This document shows positions 26,500 through 39,504 of a stretch of 64,000 nt of DNA, piece by piece. The DNA is from Chiloscyllium plagiosum (taxonomy: Eukaryota). The stretch covers positions 5,090,199 through 5,154,198 of the forward strand of contig NC_057751.1 of assembly GCF_004010195.1 (NCBI RefSeq). Reading direction: 5' to 3'. How positions within the stretch are numbered: position 1 is the first letter of the stretch; every line of letters starts with the position of its first letter. A model generated the notes under the pieces. That model ran no database searches and was not told the origin of the DNA. It saw nothing but the letters and a program-made list of their open reading frames with translations. The position numbers and the translations under genes are program-made.

Positions 26500-27250
26500 A
26501 CTGCAGACTTCAGAACTCCAACCTCTTACAATGAAGGCCAACGCAGAGTTTACCTTCCAGATGTGCTTGCAGTACCTGTCTGTCTATTTTCACAGACTGG
26601 TGTACATGGACACACAGATCCAATTGTACACCCACACTTCCCAGGGTAGAGTCAAAGTGCACAAAGACGGACCCTTTACTCCAACTCAGACCAGCTATTC
26701 CGAACTGAACTCCTTCCATTTGGCTGTGTTTGGTCCATATCCCTCTCAAACTCTCCTATTTCAGTACCTACCCAATTGTCCATAAAATGTTGTAATTGTA
26801 CCAACCACATCCTCTGGCAGCTCATTCCATACACGCATCACCCTCTGTGAAAAAGTTGCCCCTTAGGTCCCTTCTATATCTTTCCTCTGTCACCCTAAAC
26901 CTATGCCCTCTAGTTCTGGACTCCCCCACCCCAGGGAAAAAAACTTTGTCGATTTACCCTATCCAAGCCCCTCATTATTTTGTAAACCTCTATAAGGTCA
27001 CCCCTCAGCCTCCGACGCTCCAGGGAAAACAGTCCCAGACTATTCAGCCTCTCCCTGTGGCTCAAACCCTCCAACCCTGGCAACATCCTTGTAAATGTTT
27101 TCTGTGCCGTCTCACATTTCACAACATCCTTCCAGTGGCAGGGCTACCAGAACTGAAAGCAGTATTCCAAAAGTGGGTCGACTAGTGTCATGGACAGCTA
27201 CAACATGACCTCCCAATTCCCACTCCATGTGCTGACCAATAAAGGCAAGA
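26500..27250 (-). mobile_element. CR1/HER1-like LINE 3' fragments
   Basis: FTRMLPGLEGLSHRERLNSLGLFSLERRRLRGDLIEVYKIMRG. Confidence 0.85.
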
Positions 27251-28195
27251 AACCCTCTGGAAACAAGGAACCGAGGCATTGCCGAACGGGGTGGCAGGTT
27301 AGGTCAGTCGGTGAAGGCAGACTGGGCAAGCCGAGATTTGAATCGGGTGGGCAGACAGGCAGAAGAGTGTTGACTGAGCACCCTGGAGCCTCAAACAGGG
27401 TAAGAACAAGGCTCAGGAAATACCCACCATCGGACCCTATTGTCCCAGGGTGAGGAGGTCAGTTGCTCACCTTGTTGAGAGGGGTTATCTTCATCTCTGC
27501 CTCCCGGTGAGTGCTCTCTGACTCTGCCAGCTTCTTGCCAACTCTTTCCCTCACTCTGTAATCCTGTTGTCCGAGAGAACATCACTCACTCCCCCAGCTC
27601 CCCACCATCCCATCCTGCACAGTCCCAACCACCCGTCTGTGGGGATCACTGTCCCACCCAGCTCTCCCAAATTGGATCCCTTCTCATGGTCCCTCCCTCC
27701 AACTGGGGGACAGCTGGCATTGAACTTGGAAAAGGCCCCAGGCCAGGAGTGAAAGTGGAAGCTGGCCGATATACCTAGGAAGGCAATGTTCTCTTGGCTT
27801 CTCACCAAGTTGACATGTAAAGGTGCAGGTCCTACAGAGTCATGCTTAGTGCAGTGGAATGGAAGATTGGCTGGCAAAAGGTAGACCAGCATCTGGTCAT
27901 GAAAGGTGTGCTCCATGCTGGAAATCCTTCAAAGGAATAATAAACCGTGAAATAACTCCACACACGCTGCTATCCAGTCACCCTTTGTTTACATGTGGAG
28001 AGGCCTGGACTCTGGTACTGCCTCTTCAGAGCCAGCTGTCAAAGTGAACACAACCCCTGCCATCCAGGGCTCCCTGATTGGACCTGGTTAACAGCCCCAA
28101 TCGGGGAACTCAGATTCTCTGAGATCTACCTGGATGACTTCATTCTGATCGCTACAAATTGTATCAGCCAAGAGAGAGGCTGCTTTATGTGACAG

Positions 28196-29070
28196 CATGT
28201 GTGTGAGTATGTGTGTTAGTGTGTGTGTTAGTGTGTGTNNNNNNNNNNNNNNNNNNNNNNNNNNNNNNNNNNNNNNNNNNNNNNNNNNNNNNNNNNNNNN
28301 NNNNNNNNNNNNNNNNNNNNNNNNNNNNNNNNNNNNNNNNNNNNNNNNNNNNNNNNNNNNNNNNNNNNNNNNNNNNNNNNNNNNNNNNNNNNNNNNNNNN
28401 NNNNNNNNNNNNNNNNNNNNNNNNNNNNNNNNNNNNNNNNNNNNNNNNNNNNNNNNNNNNNNNNNNNNNNNNNNNNNNNNNNNNNNNNNNNNNNNNNNNN
28501 NNNNNNNNNNNNNNNNNNNNNNNNNNNNNNNNNNNNNNNNNNNNNNNNNNNNNNNNNNNNNNNNNNNNNNNNNNNNNNNNNNNNNNNNNNNNNNNNNNNN
28601 NNNNNNNNNNNNNNNNNNNNNNNNNNNNNNNNNNNNNNNNNNNNNNNNNNNNNNNNNNNNNNNNNNNNNNNNNNNNNNNNNNNNNNNNNNNNNNNNNNNN
28701 NNNNNNNNNNNNNNNNNNNNNNNNNNNNNNNNNNNNNNNNNNNNNNNNNNNNNNNNNNNNNNNNNNNNNNNNNNNNNNNNNNNNNNNNNNNNNNNNNNNN
28801 NNNNNNNNNNNNNNNNNNNNNNNNNNNNNNNNNNNNNNNNNNNNNNNNNNNNNNNNNNNNNNNNNNNNNNNNNNNNNNNNNNNNNNNNNNNNNNNNNNNN
28901 NNNNNNNNNNNNNNNNNNNNNNNNNNNNNNNNNNNNNNNNNNNNNNNNNNNNNNNNNNNNNNNNNNNNNNNNNNNNNNTGTGCGTGTGTTCATGTGGGTG
29001 TGTGTGTGTGCGTTAGTGTGTGCGTGTTAGTGTGTATGTGTGTGTTAGTGTGTGTATATGTGTGTGTGTG
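28196..29070. repeat. (TG)n-rich microsatellite spanning an assembly gap
   Basis: TG/TTAGTG repeats on both sides of the N-run 28239-28978. Confidence 0.8.
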
Positions 29071-29301
29071 AAGGCCCAATGAGGAAGTACCTGGCCATGA
29101 AATTGTTGCTGGGGAAATGCAAGGTAACAATGTGTGATTGTTCATCAGGCTTTGCCAACCTGTTCTGCCTGCTTGTTAATCTGCTACATCATCCTGACTT
29201 CACTTCCTCTCTGTTCCAGAATGAGTGTGCTATTCACATTTGCCAAACATTCACCTGCTACCCAGGTGAGCTGCCAACACCTACAACAGTTGGTTCTTTA
29301 T

Positions 29302-29618
29302 GATTAGATTACTTACAGTGTGGAAACAGACCATTCGGCCCAACAGGTGCACACCGACCCTCCAAAGAGCAACCCACCCAGACCCGTTCCCCTATATTTG
29401 CCCCTTCACCCAACACTACGGTAAATTTAGCATGGCCAATCCACCCTAACCTGCACATCTTTGGACTGTGGGAGGAAACCGGAGCACCCGGAGGAAACCC
29501 ACGCAGACACGGGGAGAATGTGCAAACTCCACACAGTCAGTTGCCTGAGGCGGGAATTGAACCCGGGTCTCTGGTGCTGTGAGGCAGCAGTGCTAACCAC
29601 TGAGCCACCGTGCCGCCC
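29302..29618 (-). mobile_element. V-SINE (HE1-like), full length
   Basis: Head, V-domain and tail in reverse complement. Confidence 0.9.
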
Positions 29619-29939
29619 TGAAATGGTGGGGTGACTAGCTGGCCCAGCATTTCTATGTGACTTGCTCAGGCCATTTACGACCTGGGGGGCCTGGAGTCAC
29701 ATGCAGTTACAGACCAACGAAGGACAGCAGTGAACCAGAAGGATTTTCTTTTTGAGATTTCACTCTGGACAGGAATGAGATGTGAGTGCACATGCCCAGA
29801 TATCTTCGGAATGACAAACTCAGAAACACTCTGACTGCACACTATCACTGAGGCTAAGTCCTGGAACCTCCAAGTCAACATTCTGGTTGGTCTCCCTTCT
29901 TCTCCCCCCTCTTTTCAAAGCAAAAATCTTCCCACAATT

Positions 29940-30143
29940 TGCGTGGGTTTCCTCCGGGTGCTCCGGTTTCCTCCCACAGTCCAAAGATGTGCAGGTTAGG
30001 GTGGATTGACCATGCTAAATTGCCTGTAGTGTTAGGTGAAGGGGTAAATGTAGGGGAACGAGGCTGGGTGGGTTGCTCTTTGGAGGGTTGGTGTGGACCT
30101 GTTGGGCCGAAGGGCCTGTTTCCACACTGTAGGGAATCTAATC
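29940..30143 (+). mobile_element. V-SINE (HE1-like), 5'-truncated
   Basis: V-domain plus tail GGGAATCTAATC. Confidence 0.88.
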
Positions 30144-30614
30144 CATTGTGGGTTTCACTGAGAGCGCCATACCTCAACAGACAGTGGGTTATTTACTCAC
30201 ACATTCCAATTCATTTCCAACCCTCTCCTCATGACTGGCCATTGAATTCCCAAATGGGGGAATGAATGGTGGTTTTCCCAGCTGTTCTCTCTCTGAGTTT
30301 GGCTGCTCGAGTGAGAACAATGACCAGATAAGGACGTGATGTGGAGGTGCTGCTGTTGGACTAGGGTGGACAGAGTTCAAAATCACACACCGGGTACTTC
30401 CAAATAAACCTGTTGGATGAGAGGCAGACAGAGCCAGGCACAAACAATGCAGAGGGGATGACAGTGTGAGTGCTATTGATGTTTTACAGGAAACATTTCA
30501 GGAAAAGATGAGGAAATTGGTTGAACAGGAATGTGGAAGGACCGCACCCAATACTGGATACTTGTAATACCGGGTGGTTTGGTTTTGTAGGAGGTTGCTT
30601 GGCATTCGAATTGG

Positions 30615-31446
30615 GGCTGAAAATGTGTTGCTGGAAAAGCGCAGCAGGTCAGGCAGCATCCAGGGAACAGGAGAATCGAATTTTCGGGCATAAGCCCTTC
30701 TTCAGGAATGAGGAAAGTGTGTCCAGCAGGCTAAGATAAAAGGTAGGGAGGAGGGACTTGGGGGAGGGNNNNNNNNNNNNNNNNNNNNNNNNNNNNNNNN
30801 NNNNNNNNNNNNNNNNNNNNNNNNNNNNNNNNNNNNNNNNNNNNNNNNNNNNNNNNNNNNNNNNNNNNNNNNNNNNNNNNNNNNNNNNNNNNNNNNNNNN
30901 NNNNNNNNNNNNNNNNNNNNNNNNNNNNNNNNNNNNNNNNNNNNNNNNNNNNNNNNNNNNNNNNNNNNNNNNNNNNNNNNNNNNNNNNNNNNNNNNNNNN
31001 NNNNNNNNNNNNNNNNNNNNNNNNNNNNNNNNNNNNNNNNNNNNNNNNNNNNNNNNNNNNNNNNNNNNNNNNNNNNNNNNNNNNNNNNNNNNNNNNNNNN
31101 NNNNNNNNNNNNNNNNNNNNNNNNNNNNNNNNNNNNNNNNNNNNNNNNNNNNNNNNNNNNNNNNNNNNNNNNNNNNNNNNNNNNNNNNNNNNNNNNNNNN
31201 NNNNNNNNNNNNNNNNNNNNNNNNNNNNNNNNNNNNNNNNNNNNNNNNNNNNNNNNNNNNNNNNNNNNNNNNNNNNNNNNNNNNNNNNNNNNNNNNNNGT
31301 TGTACATGGAGGTTGGTGGGGTGGTAGGTGAAGACCAGTGGGGTTCTGTCCTGGTGGCGGTTGGAGGGGCGGGTCTCAAGGGCAGAGGAGCGGGAAGTGG
31401 AAGAGATGTGGTGGAGGGCATCGTCGACTACGTCTGGCGGGAAATT
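30615..31446 (-). mobile_element. Penelope-like retroelement fragment (gap inside)
   Basis: Both sides of the N-run match the 39505-40409 element (terminal repeat at left, linker region at right). Confidence 0.8.
30671..30708 (-). ncRNA. Minimal hammerhead-ribozyme-like motif (variant)
   Basis: Minus strand CTGAAGA-A-GGGC-TTAT-GCCC-GAAA-ATTC-GATTCTC. Confidence 0.5.
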
Positions 31447-33051
31447 TCAGATTGGGCCCATCTGCAGATATGTGTGAAATCCCCACTGCTGATAATTGAA
31501 GGTATGTTTTGTTTCAGGGACAGCGTGAGAGAACAGCCATGGGCCAAGGGCTGGCATGTGTTCCTGACTTCAGCAGTCACTGATTCAGGGCTGGGGGTTG
31601 AGGGGAGGCAGTTGTTTGAGTTGGTGGGCCAGTACCAATGAATGGCAGCGAGAGATTGCTCACCACCTGGTATAGTGTGGTGGTTCTGATAGGCCCCTAC
31701 CCCATCACAAGGAGCAGGAATTTCCCAGCTGGCCAGGAGATGCTGGAGGAATAAACATTGCATCCTTAATGCAGCCTCAGAACCGGGAGTGACCAGTTAT
31801 CTCAGCCTCTTGATGTCTCGGCCTCAGCTTTACTCTTCACTGCTTTTGTGAATGCAAGAGCTAAAAAGCTTCCACAATGACAGTAGGCTGGCTCACAGAG
31901 ATATCCAGTCACAGGAACAAGCTGAACCCAAACATTGCCTTGTCGGAGAGCTCTTCTTAGAACGTGTTGCTCACTGAGAGAGAGAGAGAGACAGAGAGAG
32001 AGGAGGCAGCCATCTAAACACAAAAGCTCCCATTGTGTGGGAGAGCCTGTGCACATGTTGTGTTCCTGAAGCAATGTCCATGCCATCGGAGCATGACCTG
32101 CTGACTCACTTTTCAAGGTCAAATGTCATTTTTTTTTCCCAGGACTCACTGAAAGGAGAGAGAGCCTGTTCCACAGCCATGGGTAGGTTTAAGCACACCA
32201 AAACCAAGCCGTCACCCTGTCCCCCACTAAAAGCGACAGGAGGAACCCAATGACTCTCCAGTAGCTTCTGTCGACCCTCCAGTGGGTGTAACACCATAAG
32301 GGGTCCTGGTCAGTGCAACGTCACCTAGCCATGAATACTAGCCAGAAGTGAATATGAACTGGTCAATATTACCTTCACACCTTCACGGGACAGTTAAACA
32401 GGAAGAAGACACAGCTGGCCCCTGTTCTGTTCCTATTTCAGAACGGGCAATGGGGCCAGACCAACTTTCAGGCCCCTCCTGGCCGGGTCTAATCACTGTG
32501 TTCACAAATGTCAATAGGGGAAGATTTTACCAACTGAACCGAGAGAGATGTGCAGTGCTCTGGGGCCAGGTGAGGATGATTTGGGCAGCTTTTACAAAGA
32601 GCCAGTCGGAGTCGAATGGGCAGAATGGGTTTGTTGTGCGCTGTGTCATCTAATGACAGGAATTATCATTGGACTCTCCCACTGAGGGACTGGGAACAGA
32701 TTTACAGAGTGTCACTGAGACTTGCAGCATTACCCAGATGAGCTCTTGGCCTTTATTATGGACGGCAGGTGAGACACTAGGACTCATTGGGAACAGGACA
32801 GATGAGAGTCACTTCCAGTAAAAGAACAGATTTGTAATAACAGCAGTAAAGGCCTGGTGACAAAGCAGGCTATGTGTGAAGCATGTCGGAAGTCCAGCCT
32901 GTAAAGACGAAAGAATTAAATCCCATTTTGGTCATTATCATCCACTTTCTGAGTTCTCCTCTGCTTCCAATCCAGTCTGGACTGTAAAAAAAAAAGCCTG
33001 ATTCATTCAAGTGATTTATTAAAGCAAACCAAACAAACTACTGATGCTGTA

Positions 33052-33202
33052 AATCAGAAACAGAACCAGAAATTGCTGGAAAAGCTCAGCAGGTCTGTGA
33101 AAAGAAATCTGAGGACATGAAATGTGAACTTTCATTTCTCTTTGACAGATACTGCCAGACCTGCTGAGCTTTGGGCAGAAACTTCTGGTTTTGTTTCTGA
33201 TT
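33052..33202. repeat. Foldback element (about 46-bp imperfect inverted arms), probably Penelope-derived
   Basis: AATCAGAAACAGAACCAGAA...GCTCAGCAGGTCTG versus CAGACCTGCTGAGC...TTCTGGTTTTGTTTCTGATT; related half-copy at 36370-36450. Confidence 0.7.
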
Positions 33203-33389
33203 ATTTTAAAGGGTTGTTAATGTCTTAGAATGGTCAAAGTACCTGCTGGATGAAGTTTTTAAAGTTCACAACCATAACCTTTTGAAACAGCTGTGACTAG
33301 TTCAAGTCTCAAAGCTATTGTTATTGGCAGCAGTTAACATCACTTTGAGGAGCAAGAAGCTTTCATAAAATTTGATAAGCAGGGTTCAA

Positions 33390-35965
33390 AGTCATGATGT
33401 TCCTGTATGAGTGAAAGGGAAGGCTGGTAAGATTGCAGAGCAATGGATGAACAAAGAGATTGAGGCTCTGGTCAAGAATGAAAAACAATCAACTGTAAGA
33501 TTGAGAAGACAGGAAAGGTTTCTGGCTGTTACAGGCTGCTCCTTCTTTGCGGTATTTTGGATGTGGGAGGTGATTTCCTCGAATTTCAAAAGCAGCAATG
33601 ACTGTTTAATATGCTGTTGCAATTGTTTTGGAACTTCAGAGGGTAAAAAAAGAGTCAAAACAACAGCACTTTTAAAAGGGAGAAAGACAGACAAAGGCTG
33701 TGAGCAAATGGTCTGTAAAGGGGAGAGAGAGAAAGAGAGAGAAACCCACATTACTAACTGACACAGCAGTGAATCTGCCCAGTTACTGCCTTTGCTGTTT
33801 GAATTTATGTATCGCTGGACATCAAAGTGTGTCTAGGAAAACTTAACAGACAGCGAAATTCACAACTGATCTTGGAAGAATCTGTTTGGGAGAAGTCACA
33901 GCACAGAAACAGGTCTGTGTATAGTTTTAATTATAGCCTTGCTGTAAATCTGCAACAGTGGGTAGGGTGGGTTGTTTCTTGATGATATGTTTTTATTGGG
34001 ATCTGTCTCTTGATTAAATTTTAAAAACCATAAGTATTAAGTTTACCTGGAGCAGGGTTTTGCAGAGCAATAAAACAGTGCTATTTTCTGGGTCTGTAGA
34101 TTGGAAGGAGCAAAATTGCCTTTCAGAGAGTGATATCCTCTTCTTGTCGAATGTGGGAGTTTCAGGAGAGTTTAAGTGTTACTGAGAATTATATCTACAA
34201 TAAATGTCATTGGTTGTGAATCCTGTTGGATCGAATACATTGATTGGAGCATCGGTTCATAGAGTCAAAGAGATGTACTCCACAGAAACAGACCTTTCAG
34301 TCCAACTCATCCATGCTGACCAGCTATCCTGACCTAATCTAGTCCCATTTACAAGCATATCCCTCGAAAGCCTTCCTATTCATATGCCCATCCAGATGCC
34401 TTTTAAATGTTGTCTTTGTACCAGCCTCCACCACTTCCTCTAGCAGCTCATTCTATACACGTACCACCCTCTGCGTGAAAAAGTTGCCCTTTAGGTCTCT
34501 TTTATATCTTTCCCCTTTCACCCTAAACCTATGCCCTCTAGTTCTGGACTCCCCCACCCCAGGGAAAAGACTTGGTCTATTTATCCTATCTGTGCCCCTC
34601 ATGATTTTATAAACCTCTATAAAGTCACCCCTCAGTCTCTGACGCTCTAGGGAAAACAGCCCCAGCCTGTTCAGCCTCTCCCTGTAGCTCAAATCCTCCA
34701 ACCCTGGCAACATCCTTATAAATCTTTTCTGAACCCTTTTAAAGTTTCACAACATCTTTCCGATAGGAAGGAGACCAGAATTGCACACAATATTCTAACA
34801 GTGTCCTGTATAAACACAACATGACCTCCCAACTCCTGTACTCAATACTCTGACCAATAAAGGAAAGCATACCAAATGCCTTCTTCACTATCCTATCTAC
34901 CTGCAACTCCACTTTCAAGGAGCTATGAACCTGCACTCCAAGGTCTCTTTGTTTAGCAACACTCCCCAGGACCTTACCATTAAGTGTCTCAGTCCTGCTA
35001 GGCTTTGCTTAAAAGGGATCTGGATGAGTATATGAATAGGAAGGCTTTGGAGGGATATGGGCCGAGTGCTGGCAAAAGGTACTAGATTGGGTTGGGATAT
35101 CTGGCCAGCATGGACGAGTTGGACCGAAGGGTCTGTTTCCTGCTGTACATATCTATGACTCTAAGTAAGGTTAAAGATCATCCAAAGAGATTTTATAAGT
35201 ACATTAAACACAAGAGAGCAACCACACAGAGAGTAGGGCCCCTGAAAGATCAAAGTGGTCATCTTTGTGTTGAACCATAGGAGTTTTGAATAATATTTAA
35301 TTAATATTTTGAGTCACTTTTTATTGTGGAGCAAGAAGTGGAGACTGGAGAACTCAGGGAAATAAATATTGGTGTTATGAAAACTGTTCACATTACAGAA
35401 CAGGAAATGCTGGAGGTCTTAGAAAATACAAAGGGGATGAATCTCTTGGACCCCATCCAGTGTATCCCAGAGCTTTGCAGGAAATCAGAGAGGAAATTGT
35501 GGGGCCCCTTGAAGGAATATTTGTCTCATCGAAAACGATGGGTGAGGTGCCAGATGACTGGAGAATGGCGAATGATGTGCCTTTATTTCAGAAGGGATGG
35601 AAGAAGATATCTCCAAACGAGAGACCTGTGAGGTTGACTTTGCTCATGGGTGGGTTGTTGGGAAGTGATTCTGAACGATGGGATTTCTCTGCATTTGGAG
35701 AGGCAAGGAATGATTCGAGATAGTCAGCATGGTTTTGTGTGAGGGAAATAGTGTCTCACAAAGTAAACCAAGTTTTTTTGAGGAAGGAAACCAAGAAGAC
35801 TGATGAGGGCAGAGTGATTAATGTCGTTTACCATGGACTTTAGTCAAGCCTTTGACAAGGTTGTGCATGGTAGACTAACGAGTAAAGTTGGATCAGATTC
35901 TGGGTGAGCTTGCCAACTGGATACAAAATTGGCTTAACAGCAGGAGATGGAGGGTCCTGGTGGAG
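33390..35965. mobile_element. Nested cluster of CR1-like LINE fragments (both strands)
   Basis: ORF2 linker WMNKEIEALVK (+); ORF1-like remnant 34115-34255 (+); HER1-like 3' half 34258-35005 (-); tail 35010-35162 (+); KVKDHPKRFYKYI, GEVPDDWRMAN and DFSQAFDKV remnants (+). Confidence 0.8.
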
Positions 35966-37167
35966 GGTTGGGGAATGAGATAAGGAACAGAGCTCCCTGT
36001 GGAATCCTTCCAAGTGTGTCAAAGACACTGAGGAAGGAAGACGAGGGAAGACATCGTTTCGTTCCCAGTGTGGGTGATGTGTGAGACTTATTGCCTCTGG
36101 GGAAGGGACTCGGCTGTGGGTGTACTGGTGGCCTGTTTCACTTACCCCTCTGAGCAGTCTGACTCAGAATGATATCGCGTGTTCCTTCTGTGTGGCAGTG
36201 CTGTCATTACCTGCTAATCTGCAATGTCCTCCAGCAATTCAAGGCATTTACAGTCAGCGAGCTGGTATATCAGCAGAAGCACTTCCTTAACCTGAAAGAA
36301 ACAGGGCCTCCACCCCAGGCAGGTGGGAAAACCGATTCGGAGCAAGGCTCGCTGAACCCTAAACACTAACTCTGACTTCTCTCCACAGAAGCTGCCAGAC
36401 CTGCTGAGTTTTTTCAACAATTTCTGGTTTTGTTTCAGATTTCCAGCATCCAGAGTTTTTCAGTTTTGTTTGGTATAGGAAGACTCTATTTCTCCTTCTA
36501 TCTCAGTCTCTCTCTATCTGAAATGTGACAGGTCTTGTTTATTTAAGATTAAGAAAGTGCTTCTGCTGAATCTGAGCAGCTCGCTGATTGTAAATGCCTT
36601 GAATTGCTTGAGGTCACTGTGTGGTAAGGCTCAAACATCACCCACACTGGGAACGAAACAATGTCTTCCCTCGTCTTCCTGCCTCAGCCTCTTTGACACA
36701 CTTGGAAGGATTCCACAGGGAGCTCTGTTCCTTCTGCAGTTCCGTGAGTGAACAGGACGCAGATTAGGAACCAGGGAGACAATCTGACTGAGTCACACAG
36801 TTCGGGGGGGGTGGGCGGTAAATGCACTACACTGCTCCCTTCCTCACTCACCCCATCGCATGCGCTGACTGCGTAGCCCCAGCGCTGACAATTACTCACA
36901 GTCGTCCTTGGACACGGAGCAGTGAGGGTGGGGGGGAAGTGAGGTGAGGGAAACGGGCTAGAAACAAAACCCCCCCTCATCCCCATTCTTTGGTAAGGGA
37001 GTGATCTTTGAACAAGGTGTGCCATAGGTGAAGCCACACACAGCTGATCAGCCAGCACTCAAGACTGAGTTACTTGGGACAGGGGAAAGAAATGTGGACT
37101 CTCCTCATAGTTTGGTGAGTGGTTCCTGTGAAATGGAGGGTGGGGGGATTGGGTGAGTAGGTCAGCC

Positions 37168-37758
37168 ATAGAGTCGTAGAGATGTACAGCATGGAAACAG
37201 ACCCTTCGGTCCAACCCGTCCATGCTGACCAAATATCCCAACCCAATCTAGTCCCACCTGCCAGCACCCGGTCCATATCCCTCGAAAGCCTTCCTATTCA
37301 TTTACCCATCCAAATGCCTCTTAAGTGCTGCATTCTACCAGCCTCCACCACTTCCTCTGGCAGCTCATTCTATACAAGTACCACCCTCTGTGTGAAAAAG
37401 TTGCCCCTTAGGTCTCTTTTATATCTATCCCCTCTCACCCGAAACCTATGCCCTCTAGTTCTGGTATCCCTGACCCCAGGGGAAAGACCTTGTCTATTTA
37501 TCCTATCCATGNNNNNNNNNNNNNNNNNNNNNNNNNNNNNNNNNNNNNNNNNNNNNNNNNNNNNNNNNAATGTCCTGTACAGCCGCAACATGACCTCCCA
37601 ACGCCTGTACTCAGTGCTCTGACCAATAAAGGAAAGCATACCAAACGCCTTCTTCAGTATAATATCTACCTGCGACTCCACTTTCAAGGAGCTATGGACC
37701 TGCACTCCAAAGTCGCTTTGTTCAGCAACACTCCCCAGGACCTTACCATGAAGTGTAT
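37168..37758 (-). mobile_element. CR1/HER1-like LINE 3' fragment
   Basis: RTRGHRFRVRGDRYKRDLRGNFFTQRVV; tail ending GACTCTATG. Confidence 0.88.
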
Positions 37759-39504
37759 AAGAGAAGTGGAAGAGTGTGAATGGAAATGAAGATTCCCATT
37801 TCCCCACACTTGGGGTTGAGCCAGTGATATTTCCAGGAGGTGCTGAATGGGTGAATGAGGGGGTCACTGATTGTCCTGTCACCCGTGGTGTGGAACTGGG
37901 TCAGACTGAGAGACTCATGGGCTCCGGGACAAAGTAACTGGAGGGCCTGGGAAGTGGGACAGGACAGATCCATGCTGTGCAAGTGGGAAAACAGGACAGT
38001 GCTCCAGGGCACTTTGTTGTGCGTGAACATGCTGAGTCACTCTGTCTGCGCAGAACACACTGCACACAGTTACCTTGGCCCTTCAGGAAGTACTTACTGC
38101 CATCTGGTGGATGCAGCAAGTAAGCTCAGGGAAGCTGGAACGAGCCATTCAGTCCCTCAACTCTGCTAGCCCACTCAACAAGATCATGGAAGCTGCTCTA
38201 CTACAACGTCACACCTTCCCCCTCACCCACCTCCCCAGGTATCACTATTGAGAGGAACTCTGATGCCCGTAACTGACACTGATATAACAACCTGTGGCTC
38301 CCCGCACCATCTCTGTCCCAAATGGTCTTTCCCTTTCGAGATCTGCTTTCTCCTGACCAACCCCATCATGATCTCTCTCCAATACTCTGCCAAATTCCAA
38401 ACACTGTGGTGCTTTGCTCGGAGGTTCACTTCAGATTTCCAAATGGTCACTAACAGAACCATCTGATGCTGCCCTCACACGCTGGGGGAGGAAGATGATT
38501 CCTTCAGGTGGTGTTCCAAGGGATCTCACTCCACTCTCAATTCCCAGCCTCTGGAGTCATCCCAGACTCCAAATGCTCAGCCAAAATCCCCTGTCCAGGG
38601 ATCCTACCAAAGCCTGCTGAGTTTCTGCACCATCCTGCAGGTGACAATGAAACCTGAAACACGCCACAGCCCTGGTATGTGGGGATGGGGAATAGCCACG
38701 TCATGGTGAATCACTGCAGGGACCTCTCCCCATTCTGAGGGAGTCTCCACAGTCTGCTCCAAGCCTGACTGCATCCCCTCATTGCTGCGCCTGGGAATGG
38801 CCCAGTCTGTGACACTCGGTCATCCACAGCTCTTTGCACTGAGAGGCCGGCAGGATGACACAGCATCTTTCCCAGAGTTGAGGGTTCTTCAGCATCAGTG
38901 AAAGTATCTCTCTCTCTGTGCACCCTTGGGATAAGCCTGTGGGGAGAGGTGGGAGTGTTGAGGGGAGACAGCACAGATGGGAAAGACCATCCTATCCCAG
39001 CCTCTCTCCACACATGGTCAGTGACTTTCCTGTTTCGATGCATCAGACTCTCAGCGCCACTGGATTGGAAAAGTTTTGGTTGGGGTCCCTGCTCCCGATT
39101 GAGGGGGAAGGGGAGTCACAATCCAGGAAGTCTCGGAACGGCCAATTTCCTTCCGTCTCACCCTGGGCAGAACAGACAGCCCTGAGGTGCCTGAAAAGAC
39201 CTGCCTTCCCCGATCCTCAGAGTTCCATCAGGAAGCAGCAGCAACAAGTTGGATGCTCCCAAATCCAACCTGCGGCCTTGGGAATGAGAGAGATCTTGTC
39301 AGGGTCACTCACTTGACTTGCCTGAACATCAGGGAATGGGGATGTGATTGGAAAAGTAGGGAACTTGCTTGGAATGCAGAGACCCATCACTGTGGGTCTC
39401 CTGGATTTTGATCCAGCATGTGACAGAACAGAATCCAGGCCAAAGGGTGACTGACCGGCACATTTCTCCCGGACAGGGGTGTGCGCTTGGCCAAGGTACC
39501 TCGG

